Shown here: one piece after another, positions 9,337-18,300 of the stretch | Layout of the letters: every line of letters begins with the position of its first letter | Numbering within the stretch: the stretch's first letter is position 1 | Assembly: GCA_041178085.1 (NCBI GenBank) | Contig: JBEGVZ010000085.1 | Location: forward strand, 11,756-75,755 | DNA length: 64,000 nucleotides | Direction of reading: 5' to 3' | Source: Pseudomonadota bacterium | GTDB taxonomy: Bacteria; Bdellovibrionota_B; Oligoflexia; Oligoflexales; RGVZ01 | Made by a program: the position numbers and the translations under genes | The notes under the pieces: generated by a model | Database searches by the model: none | Told to the model about the DNA's origin: nothing | Seen by the model: the letters and a program-made list of their open reading frames with translations, nothing else

Positions 9337-10245
9337 ATGTTTGCGATGCTGAAGCGTTTCTTCCTGTTCGCAGTGGTCAACATGCTGATCATTGTGACGC
9401 TGTCAATTGTCCTGAATCTACTTGGCGTTCAGCCTTATATGACCGCCTACGGCCTGGACTACCGCCAGCTGGCGCTTTTTTGCCTTGTCTGGGGTTCGGG
9501 TGGTGCTTTGATTTCGCTCGCCCTGAGTCGCGTCATGGCGAAATGGATGATGGGCGTCAAAGTGATCGATCCGTCGACTTATGACCCTGTGTTGAGGGAT
9601 CTGGTCCAGACCGTTCATCGCCTGGCCCGGGGAGCCAATTTGCCGGCGATGCCCCAGGTCGGCATTTATGAAAGCCCTGAATTGAATGCATTTGCCACCG
9701 GCCCCTCAAAGGGAAGGGCCCTGGTCGCCGTATCAACGGGCCTTCTTCAGCGGATGGGCAAAACAGAAGTGGAGGGCGTACTGGGCCATGAGGTCGCCCA
9801 CATTGCCAACGGTGACATGGTGACCATGACCCTGATCCAGGGGATCGTTAACGCCTTCGTCATGTTCTTTGCCCGGATTCTGGCATTTGCCTTGGGAAAC
9901 GCCCTGCGCAGCGGCGACAACGAAGACCGCGGACCAAACCCGATGGTGGTTTACCTGGCCACGATGGTGTTCGAAATTGCCTTCAGTTTGCTGGGTATGA
10001 TGGTGGTTGCTTACTTTTCGCGGATGCGGGAATTCCGGGCTGATCAGGGTGGCGCTACGCTTGCCGGCAGGGCCAAGATGATCGCAGCGCTTGAAGCCCT
10101 CCGCGGCGGTGCGCGGACCCTGGACGACAGTCACCCGGCCGTCGCAAGCCTGAAGATTTCGGGCCATGCGGGGGGTCTCATGGCGCTCATGGCAACCCAT
10201 CCTCCCCTTGAGGTCCGGATTGACCGTTTGCGCCGCATGGTTTAA
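9337..10245 (+). CDS. htpX: Zinc metalloprotease HtpX (peptidase M48)
   Basis: Four TM segments, an HEVAHIANGDM (HExxH) motif, and a conserved C-terminal THPPLEVRI. Confidence 0.9.
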   Translation: MFAMLKRFFLFAVVNMLIIVTLSIVLNLLGVQPYMTAYGLDYRQLALFCLVWGSGGALISLALSRVMAKWMMGVKVIDPSTYDPVLRDLVQTVHRLARGANLPAMPQVGIYESPELNAFATGPSKGRALVAVSTGLLQRMGKTEVEGVLGHEVAHIANGDMVTMTLIQGIVNAFVMFFARILAFALGNALRSGDNEDRGPNPMVVYLATMVFEIAFSLLGMMVVAYFSRMREFRADQGGATLAGRAKMIAALEALRGGARTLDDSHPAVASLKISGHAGGLMALMATHPPLEVRIDRLRRMV

Positions 10246-10279
10246 GTGAGAGTTTACGTTTTTGACTTTGGGATCCCGT

Positions 10280-10366
10280 GGAGGGATGGCCGAGTGGCTG
10301 AAGGCGGCGGTCTTGAAAACCGTTATACGTTAACGCGTATCGTGGGTTCGAATCCCACTCCCTCCG
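10280..10366 (+). tRNA. tRNA-Ser (anticodon UGA)
   Basis: GGAGGGA acceptor pairs with TCCCTCC. D-arm TGGCCGAGTGGCTGAAGG. Anticodon loop CT-TGA-AA. Long variable arm. T-arm GTGGGTTCGAATCCCAC. CCA is not encoded. Confidence 0.93.
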
Positions 10367-10398
10367 CTCCCGCAAGTTAGAAACGATGCCTGATCTCT

Positions 10399-10488
10399 GG
10401 AGAGATGGCCGAGTGGCTGAAGGCACCGCCTTGCTAAGGCGGCATACGGGAAACTGTATCGAGGGTTCGAATCCCTCTCTCTCCGCCA
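10399..10488 (+). tRNA. tRNA-Ser (anticodon GCU), CCA encoded
   Basis: GGAGAGA acceptor pairs with TCTCTCC. Anticodon loop CT-GCT-AA. Long variable arm. T-arm GAGGGTTCGAATCCCTC. Ends GCCA. Confidence 0.93.
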
Positions 10489-10692
10489 TTTTTCGGCTCG
10501 ATCAGTTCAGGAAAACAGCATTCTTCAAAGATTCGTCTGATTCTCCGGCGGGACATAAAGAAACAGGGGCGGTTACGTTCGATTTTCGCAAAGCCGAGGC
10601 AGAATGCTCCGTGCATAAACTCGAATTTGACGCGTATCCATCTTTACTTGACCCAAGTGAATTGGCGCTGGGGTATGAAACGCTGTGTTTGT

Positions 10693-11841
10693 ATGAGTGA
10701 AGTTGACGTTTCGATCGTCATGCCGTGCCTGAATGAAGCGCGGACATTGGCTGATTGCATTTCAAAAGCTACAAATTACCTTCAATTCTCTGGTTGCCGA
10801 GGAGAAATCATAGTCGCTGACAATGGCTCCAGTGACGACTCGGCAATCATCGCCCAGTCTAACGGCGCCAGGGTCGTCTCTGTCGCAGCCAGAGGTTACG
10901 GCGCCGCTTGTCTGGGAGGAATAAAAGCCGCGCAGGGAAGATACGTCATCCTCGGGGATTCTGACGGTAGCTACGACTTTTTGCGGCTGGAAGGATTCCA
11001 TCAGAAACTTGAAGAAGGCTTTGAAGTGGTGATCGGAAACCGCTTCAAGGGTGGCATCAAACCCAATGCGATGCCATGGAAGAACCGCCTGCTCGGCAAT
11101 CCAGTCCTTAGTTTGCTTGGTAGAATTTTGGCCGGTAATCAGATTGGTGATTTTCATTGTGGCCTTCGCGGTTTTCACCGGGAGAAAATCGTCAACTTGG
11201 GTCTGCGTTCTACCGGAATGGAGTTTGCCAGTGAGCTGATTGTGCGGGCCGCTGGCGCTGGCCTCCGAATCACTGAAGTTCCAACAGTACTCTACCCAGA
11301 CGGGCGGGGAAGGCGGCCTCATTTGCGCCCGTGGCGCGATGGCTGGCGGCACTTGTGTCTGCTGTGCATCCTTGCCCCGAAAAGGCTGCTCGCAATTCCG
11401 GGAATCATCCTTTTTTTTGCAGGTGCAATCGGATTAGCCGGAACGGTGACCAGGACTATGCATATTGGCGATGCTGTTCTGGATATTGGTGGCATGCTTT
11501 GCTTTGGACTCATTTTAAATATTGGGTTTCAACTTCTCATTTCTGGATTTCTTTTGGATGAGATTCTCCGTGTAAATGAAGCGCGTGGACAATTAATGTC
11601 TCAGTACCTTTCAATCAACCGGATAGCTCCATTCGGATTTGGCTTGTTCTCAGGGTCTGTCCTCGGCATCGCGATCGCCCTGGAAAAATGGCGGGAAGCT
11701 GGATTCGCAGGAATGCCTTCAACGGATCACGCCCGTCTCATTGGGTTTTCGTTGATCATTGGTATACTTTCCATCCAACTATTCACGACCGGACTTGCAG
11801 TAGATGCATTGCGGTATTCCAGAACACAGCCTGGGAAGTGA
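10693..11841 (+). CDS. GT2 glycosyltransferase with C-terminal TM helices (polyprenol-phosphate sugar synthase architecture, GtrB/ArnC/Ppm1-like)
   Basis: VSIVMPCLNEARTL, IIVADNGSSDDS and ILGDSDGSYDF (DxD) form the GT-A domain. About 150 C-terminal residues form hydrophobic helices (LLAIPGIILFFAGAIGLAG..., FGLILNIGFQLLISGFLL..., FGLFSGSVLGIAIAL..., LIGFSLIIGILSIQLF). The ORF is open from 10627; ATG 10693 fits the family N-terminus best. Confidence 0.8.
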   Translation: MSEVDVSIVMPCLNEARTLADCISKATNYLQFSGCRGEIIVADNGSSDDSAIIAQSNGARVVSVAARGYGAACLGGIKAAQGRYVILGDSDGSYDFLRLEGFHQKLEEGFEVVIGNRFKGGIKPNAMPWKNRLLGNPVLSLLGRILAGNQIGDFHCGLRGFHREKIVNLGLRSTGMEFASELIVRAAGAGLRITEVPTVLYPDGRGRRPHLRPWRDGWRHLCLLCILAPKRLLAIPGIILFFAGAIGLAGTVTRTMHIGDAVLDIGGMLCFGLILNIGFQLLISGFLLDEILRVNEARGQLMSQYLSINRIAPFGFGLFSGSVLGIAIALEKWREAGFAGMPSTDHARLIGFSLIIGILSIQLFTTGLAVDALRYSRTQPGK

Positions 11842-11893
11842 ACTGCGAAAAGTATCGTGCCTAAGTCCGGTTAGTGATGCCATCGAATAGGCG

Positions 11894-13360
11894 TTGAACA
11901 TGCACTACCGTGCCTTGCTGCCAAAAACTTTTGATGACCGATTGGCAATGTATGGCTTGCTGGCGGTTCTATCGGTTCTTTTTTTCCGCCTTTTTGACTC
12001 CTTTAACCTGGATGAAACCGGACTGCTGTTTGTCTTGAACCAGTCCCCATCGGCGGCATTTCGCGACTTTACGACCACGTGCCCCATGCTTTCGGCTTTC
12101 GAAATCATCATGTGGCCCTGGACAAAATTAGTGGGTTCCAATGAATTCCTGTTTCGGCTGCCATCATTTCTTTTTTTCGTCGTTTACCTTGCAGTTGTTT
12201 TCGATATCGGCAGAACGCATTTCTCAGGAGCTTCAGGCCTGATTTTTGTCTTGATTGCTTCTTCGATTCCTCAAGTTCAGGCATTTGGCGCGACAGCAAG
12301 GCCATACTCACTTGCTTTGCTGACTTCCGCGCTTAGTCTGCGGGGGGTCTTCTCCTGGAGTCGAAAACCAAGTGTTTTTTCCGCATTTCACGCAGGCGCG
12401 TGGCTGGCGATGGCCTGCCTTACGCGTGTCTTTTCTGTGGAAATTTTGCCGGTTGTCTTCGTGTATATGTTCTGGCGAATGAGACGTGAGAAGTACTCTT
12501 TGAGCAATTCGGCGAAAAACATCGCGGCATTCGCCTCTCTTCCTGCGGCCGCCATCTTGTTACAGATACCATTGATACTTCACTTCAAATCGCAAACGGC
12601 TTTTCATTCTTTTGCTGGCGAACGATCCCTGGAATTGGCCTATCATCTAATGCTCAAGCCAGTATTCCCTCCTGACATTGTGCTTCCGGTTGTCGCCATG
12701 GTCCTGATTCTGCGATTCTCAATCAAAGAACAGGCTAATGCGATTTTTTGTCTCGCGCTTGCGCTGGCGCCAATTGGGGTAAATTTTTTCCTTACGGTTG
12801 TCGCCGACGACTTTTTGATTTCAGAGAAATATGTCAATGCGTCTTACGTCCCAGCGACGATTCTCTGCTCGGCTCTGGCGAGCTGCTCAATGGTGAAAGC
12901 CGGCCGCCGATCGCGCTGGCTTAAAAGCGGATTTCTTATCTGGATTTCTATCGTTGGGACTCTTTCGGCGATTACATTGCCATCAGAAAACGAGGATTGG
13001 CGGCGGGCATTTAACATCGTCAGAGCCATGGACGGGATCCGGGCTGAAAAATTGCTTTTAGTGCCAGGATTCTTTGAAAATCAGCACATGGATTTGATAA
13101 ATCTCCCGTCACTGAAAGCTCCAGCGGCGGCCTATGGCATTGCGTCACCAATCATCGTTGTCCCCAAAGTCAAATCCGATTCTGCCACCAAGTGGGTTTT
13201 TGACATGATTGAGAGGGAGGGATTGAGGATCGAAAGGCGCCCAATTTTGATGGTTGGAAAATCCCCCTATGGACAAACAGCGATCAGCGTAGCTGAAATG
13301 GCAGGAAAAAGAATAACCGGTATTTCGTTCAGTAACATCGACGTGTTTATGCTTTACTGA
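11894..13360 (+). CDS. Multi-pass GT-C fold glycosyltransferase (PMT_2 / ArnT-like)
   Basis: At least 9 hydrophobic segments. First-loop acidic motif FNLDETGLL; FRLPSFLFFVVYLAVVFDIGR; ARPYSLALL. These are typical of lipid-phosphate-sugar-dependent GT-C enzymes. There is a C-terminal soluble domain of about 140 aa. TTG start at 11894 (ATG at 11900). Confidence 0.7.
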   Translation: MNMHYRALLPKTFDDRLAMYGLLAVLSVLFFRLFDSFNLDETGLLFVLNQSPSAAFRDFTTTCPMLSAFEIIMWPWTKLVGSNEFLFRLPSFLFFVVYLAVVFDIGRTHFSGASGLIFVLIASSIPQVQAFGATARPYSLALLTSALSLRGVFSWSRKPSVFSAFHAGAWLAMACLTRVFSVEILPVVFVYMFWRMRREKYSLSNSAKNIAAFASLPAAAILLQIPLILHFKSQTAFHSFAGERSLELAYHLMLKPVFPPDIVLPVVAMVLILRFSIKEQANAIFCLALALAPIGVNFFLTVVADDFLISEKYVNASYVPATILCSALASCSMVKAGRRSRWLKSGFLIWISIVGTLSAITLPSENEDWRRAFNIVRAMDGIRAEKLLLVPGFFENQHMDLINLPSLKAPAAAYGIASPIIVVPKVKSDSATKWVFDMIEREGLRIERRPILMVGKSPYGQTAISVAEMAGKRITGISFSNIDVFMLY

Positions 13361-13364
13361 TGAT

Positions 13365-14114
13365 CTACAAATTTCTTGGCTGATGGCAAATCGCGAGCAG
13401 GATCTCAGGAGTTTGGTTTTGTTTGGTAAGGCCCGGTTCCTCGGAGGGACAAATACCCAAAAAATTGCCCAGCAGTTTGCGCGCCTGGTGGATGCGGGTC
13501 GCCAAGGCTGGAAAAAACTCACCGATTCGGGCCAGTATCACCTGGTAGCGTTCACTGTATTGACTTTGCCCGATCATTTGGACGTGGCCAAAATATCCGT
13601 ATAGCAGGCTGTAAAACTCTGCGTGAGAGTATTCCCGGACATGAAACCGGTTGAATGGCCGGTCTTGAATTTTCTTTCCCGGATTGAACAGATCCCGGTT
13701 TGGGGTAGAACAAACGAAGTAGCCGCCAGTTCGGAGTGTCCGACACACTTCCCGGAGTACGCCGTGATCATCGCCGACATGTTCAATTGTCTCGAAACAG
13801 ATGAAAAGGTCGATGCTTTGGTTTGGAATCGGCAAATCACAAATGTTGGCATTTACGTGATTAATTAGCGGATGAGAATGGAAGGCCCTCGCCTCGCTCA
13901 GGGCGTCTTCATTTGTATCAAAAGCCCAGACATGTTTTGCACCACTAGACGCGATCATCTGCGAACCATACCCTGTACCACAGGCGGCATCGGCAACAAC
14001 TCGATCCTTGACCAATGACTTGATCCACGTATAGCGCGCCAAATGCTGCCGTTTCACCCAAGGAGGTGCCCACTTTTTATCCGAATAACGTTCATCGGGT
14101 CTTAAATGGGTCAT
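13365..14114 (-). CDS. Class I SAM-dependent methyltransferase
   Basis: Motif I VADAACGTGYGS and post-I/II DLFICFETIEHV. The start overlaps the upstream GT2 stop as ATGA. Confidence 0.8.
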   Translation of the reverse strand: MTHLRPDERYSDKKWAPPWVKRQHLARYTWIKSLVKDRVVADAACGTGYGSQMIASSGAKHVWAFDTNEDALSEARAFHSHPLINHVNANICDLPIPNQSIDLFICFETIEHVGDDHGVLREVCRTLRTGGYFVCSTPNRDLFNPGKKIQDRPFNRFHVREYSHAEFYSLLYGYFGHVQMIGQSQYSERYQVILARIGEFFPALATRIHQARKLLGNFLGICPSEEPGLTKQNQTPEILLAICHQPRNL

Positions 14115-15100
14115 AGGTAAATAGCTCTTCTGGCAAGAATGCGGTCCACAATCCTGGACGCATGCATATAATTGAGCAATCCCCGGCCTCCGAGTTTCAA
14201 TGCGCGTTTCAGGAGGTTGGTCAATGAAATTACCATGGGTGTTATTCCGGATTGTCCGGCTTCCGCCAGGAAAATATTAACATCTGCAGAGAACTGCGCC
14301 ATTTGACGGAGTGGCTCTGGAACGCAGATGTTTTCCTTCCGCGCCAGCGCAATTCCGAAATCCAGGGATTCACAAATGTTTCTGCGAAACTCATCCCTTT
14401 GTTTGATTATCTGCATGGTTTGGGAATTTCTGTGAACCCGGAACGAGACCGTCGGTTCCTTGAGATGGATCCAGCTTGCCCGTGCCGCTAACTTTAGCCA
14501 AAACTCCCAGTCTGCAGTGTATTTCGTCCGGGCGTTCAGACCACCATTAGATACCGCAATCTCCGTTCTGAAAACCGGGGCACAAATGGAAAGGGAATTT
14601 TGTACGAGCAGGTGGTGGAATGGTTGATGCTCAACCGGCGAAGATTTTGGTGTCGAGAAAGGTGAACGCCAACGTCCAGTGCGCTCTCCATTTGCGTTGA
14701 TGAACCATGATTCCGTCGTGATCCATTCGCAATCAGGTTTATTGTTAATCGCTTCTTTGATTAGCTTGAGGCGATTTGATTCCCACCGGTCGTCCTGATG
14801 CAAAAAGCAGGAAAAAACTCCCGCGGCTTCATTCAGACCGATATTGGAGTTTGATGCCCAGTTACCAGTATGAGGGATCGACAGGAGCCTGCATCGGAAA
14901 GTCGAAACGAACTCAGAAACGATTTGGGGTCCCGCATCGTCAGAGCCATCATCGACAACAATGACTTCAACCCCCGTCAGGTCGGCAAAATTTTGTGATT
15001 CGATAGATTCCAGAGTGCTGGCGATATATTCCGCTCCATTGAAAAGAGGAATGATCACCGTCAGCCAAAAATTCTGATCCAAGGGAATAGCCGTCTCCAT
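14111..15100 (-). CDS. Glycosyltransferase family 2 (soluble)
   Basis: LTVIIPLFNGAEYIASTLESI, EVIVVDDGSDDAG and QDDRWE (DxD-like). ATGA-coupled to the downstream methyltransferase. Confidence 0.8.
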   Translation of the reverse strand: METAIPLDQNFWLTVIIPLFNGAEYIASTLESIESQNFADLTGVEVIVVDDGSDDAGPQIVSEFVSTFRCRLLSIPHTGNWASNSNIGLNEAAGVFSCFLHQDDRWESNRLKLIKEAINNKPDCEWITTESWFINANGERTGRWRSPFSTPKSSPVEHQPFHHLLVQNSLSICAPVFRTEIAVSNGGLNARTKYTADWEFWLKLAARASWIHLKEPTVSFRVHRNSQTMQIIKQRDEFRRNICESLDFGIALARKENICVPEPLRQMAQFSADVNIFLAEAGQSGITPMVISLTNLLKRALKLGGRGLLNYMHASRIVDRILARRAIYL

Positions 15101-15373
15101 GTATGCCGTTGGGCGATATCATAACATGCCGGGTTCGATCATCGAATCGACTCAGAGAGTCATTGAGCGTGAAGATTGGGAATTCCTGCGAGACCTACTC
15201 GGGTTTTCAGGCACCAACTGGAAGTGTCAAAGGCCATGCCAGCCGTCTAAAAAACTGTTTTGATATCGGGACTTTCAGAGGCCGATGTCAATGGATTGAT
15301 AACGCCTGAATGAATCCTCAAAATTCCCCTAAAGACCTGACTCTGCAGGCCGAATCCCTCTAGAGAGGGAGAA

Positions 15374-18300
15374 ATGGCCTTTAATTTACCACTTATGGTT
15401 GTGCCGCCACTTCGGACGCGGCTAATTTTGGGCCGTCTGGGAGTCATCGTTTCCGTGGCCAGCCTGTCAGGTTGCCTCCGGGGGCCAGCCCTCCTCCAGT
15501 CGAGCGGTTCCATCCAGTCGACTGAATTGGTGGTTTTATCGGTCACCGAAGACGATGGCGCAGCCACCGGAGATTACGATCCTGACCACCGCGGCGACCA
15601 GTTGCTAAGGGCATCTGCGACCTCTGCCATCAGCGGTGCATCGGTGCTTTTTCCGGCCGGGGCCTTATCGTTTCCTCTCTCGGTTACGATCGAAGAAGGG
15701 GTCTCCATTGCCAACGCATCGGTTGCGACCGAAATCGGTCTGACTTCTCTGGGTGACGCAGGGGCGGCGGTTGTCCTTTCGGCCGGGGCTAGTGTGAATA
15801 CCGACGCTCCCCTTGTTCTTTCTTTGCCTCTTCCGCAGATATCCGCCCTTAGTCTTTTGCTGTCTCTTCTCGATGACCCCTACGCGAAGATGGCCGTGAT
15901 CTACCGGGTGGTCGATGCAGCGACCGGCAAAACAGAGACGGGTGTGATCCCCCGCCGCGAAGTGGAAATAAAAGATGGCAAGGCAGTCGTCACGACGACC
16001 CGTTTTGGCACGTTCCAGACAGTTGTCTTGCCAGAGGACGAGGTAACGGAGCGGAAGAAGGTTGAATCCGAAGTGAAGCAGGATATCATCACGAAGCGGA
16101 CGGAAAGACTTCTGCCGCAAATTTCAGACCAGCTGACATTATCGCCCGGGCCATCAGGCAAGGTGGGTGAGCGGACTGAGGTTGTCCTTTCCGGCTCGAA
16201 CTTCAAAGAGCATTTGAAGCTGAGCTTGAAGAATGCCGCTGGAATTTGGAAGATTAAAACAAAACTGAAGGTATCATCCGAAGGCTCGACTGTTTCCTTT
16301 TATTACCCTTCGGATGCACCTGAAGGGGTTCAATTTGACCTGGTGGTAGAGCAATCCGGTGTGGAGCGGGTCATCCCCGCACCCCCATTTGACAAGTCTG
16401 GACCGGGGTTGACAGTTGTCGTCCAGGCGGCCACCGGTTCCCCCTCATGGACCAACGATCGCTTTGTAAAGAGTTCTCATCAGTACGACGTCACGGTCAC
16501 TGTGACGGATTATCACAGACTCGGCATGGCTCTCGTGGACATCGTTGGGACAGCAGGAAACGCTTCGGCGTCGGTGACCACACCATCAGTGTCGGGAAAC
16601 CAGCTTGTTTTCAGTCTTAAAACGTTTGCCGGAAACGGAGCGCTGGCCGTTTTTCTAAAACCAGGAGCATTTCTGGATGACGCCGGAAACGGCAGCGCAT
16701 CCACACCAGTTTCATCGTTTAGGGTTGACAATACCCCACCTCTGATCGAGATGAATTCACCGATCCTTTCGGCGTCGAAGTCTGGGATCCAACTAAATCC
16801 AAAAATTTCGGATGCAGGCGCGGGCCAGATCGTGTGCAGTTGGACGGCTTCCGCCGTCACATTCGCCAATTCATCGCAATGTGTAACGATAGCAACAGTC
16901 ACCGGAAACGGTGATAAAACCGTCACGATCGAGGCTAGGGATGCCATCGGAAACTCGTCATCATTCAATGCAATCCTTCGTGTCAATGATATAGCCCCCA
17001 CTCTGAGTGTCGTTAAAACCAGTGTGGGTTTGACCAACGGTTTTGCGACGACTGCAGATGTTGAGTTTCTGCTGAACTATACAGGCGCCAGCCGAATCGA
17101 CATAGGCCCGGGCAAAGTAACGATTAGCAAGGAGGGAGATGTCGTCGCCTCAGTGAAATCTGTCACTGTCGTCACGCAACCAACCTCGGCAAAGGTGGTT
17201 GTCGCAATCACGAGCGGCAGCGGGATCATCGGATTAAATGTTGATGCTGGAACGGCTTTTAATGACGTTGAAACCGGTGCGCCGTCTGGAAATTTGGCCC
17301 CAACAGCCGCGCAAGGCCTGGTCGTTGACAATGCGAAGCCAGAAGTCTCAAGTTTTGTGGTTCCTGCCCCCGGAGTTTTCAAGTCAGCCTTTACACCTAC
17401 CGGGGCGGCAACTGATGCGGGTGGTTCGGGTATGGATCCCGTTAGTTGGGCGGCGGAGGGTACGCCCGCCGCAAATATCGATATCACCCAGACCCCTCTT
17501 ATGATTTCAGGGGGTACAACCCAAGGCACTTACCGGGTGAAAGTCACGGCTGTGGACAAGGCGGGAAATTCCAATTCGAAGATCCTGCAATTTGAGTGGG
17601 ACACCGTTGCGCCGCCTCCCCCTGCGGTGGCACCAGCAAGCGGAATCAAATTTGCGCAAAATTTCGATGCTTTGATCTCGACGACAGAAACAAACGTCAA
17701 GTTCGCAGTCAACGGACCATCTAACTCAATCCCGGCAGACCCCAATTGTGCCGGCACGCTATCAACGCCGGACGCGGCGGGAAATCTTGCCGTGCTCGTC
17801 ACTGCTCCGACGGGGCCGGGAACGAAATATTTGAAGGTCGTCACGTGCGATTTGGCAGGTAACGCATCGATCTTGGTCGTGCGTGAATTCGTCGCGGCGG
17901 CCCCAGATGAAGCCCCGGCTAACCTGGCAGCCGCTCCAAGCGAACGAAAGATTGACCTGGCTTGGAGCGCGGTTCCTAGGGCCACAGCTTATGAGATCAC
18001 CCAGTCGAATTTGGGAACCGTGACCGTATTCATGACATCTTATTCGGCGGCAGGCCTGACTGACGGCACATCATACATGTTCACAATCTGCGGAAAGAAT
18101 CAATACGGCACAGCGACTGGCGCCCAGTGTGCTTCCATAACGGAGACGGCTGGGGCTCAAAAAAGATTAGGACGCCCGTCCCAAATCAATAGCTTTAAAA
18201 AAGATTCGTCCTGGGATGTGGTCTCATACCGTGAAGGCTTGGCGCTGAAATTCATCGCGCACAGTTCCGGATTGATCGAATCCTCTAGTGATTCCTGGAA

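Noticed and set aside
10489-10692. Integrase, attachment-site repeat or other mobile-element hallmark next to the tRNA-Ser genes.
   Set aside because: No integrase or transposase ORF anywhere in 10.5-23 kb, and I found no second copy of the tRNA-Ser 3' end. The island idea is kept only as a compositional and positional inference.
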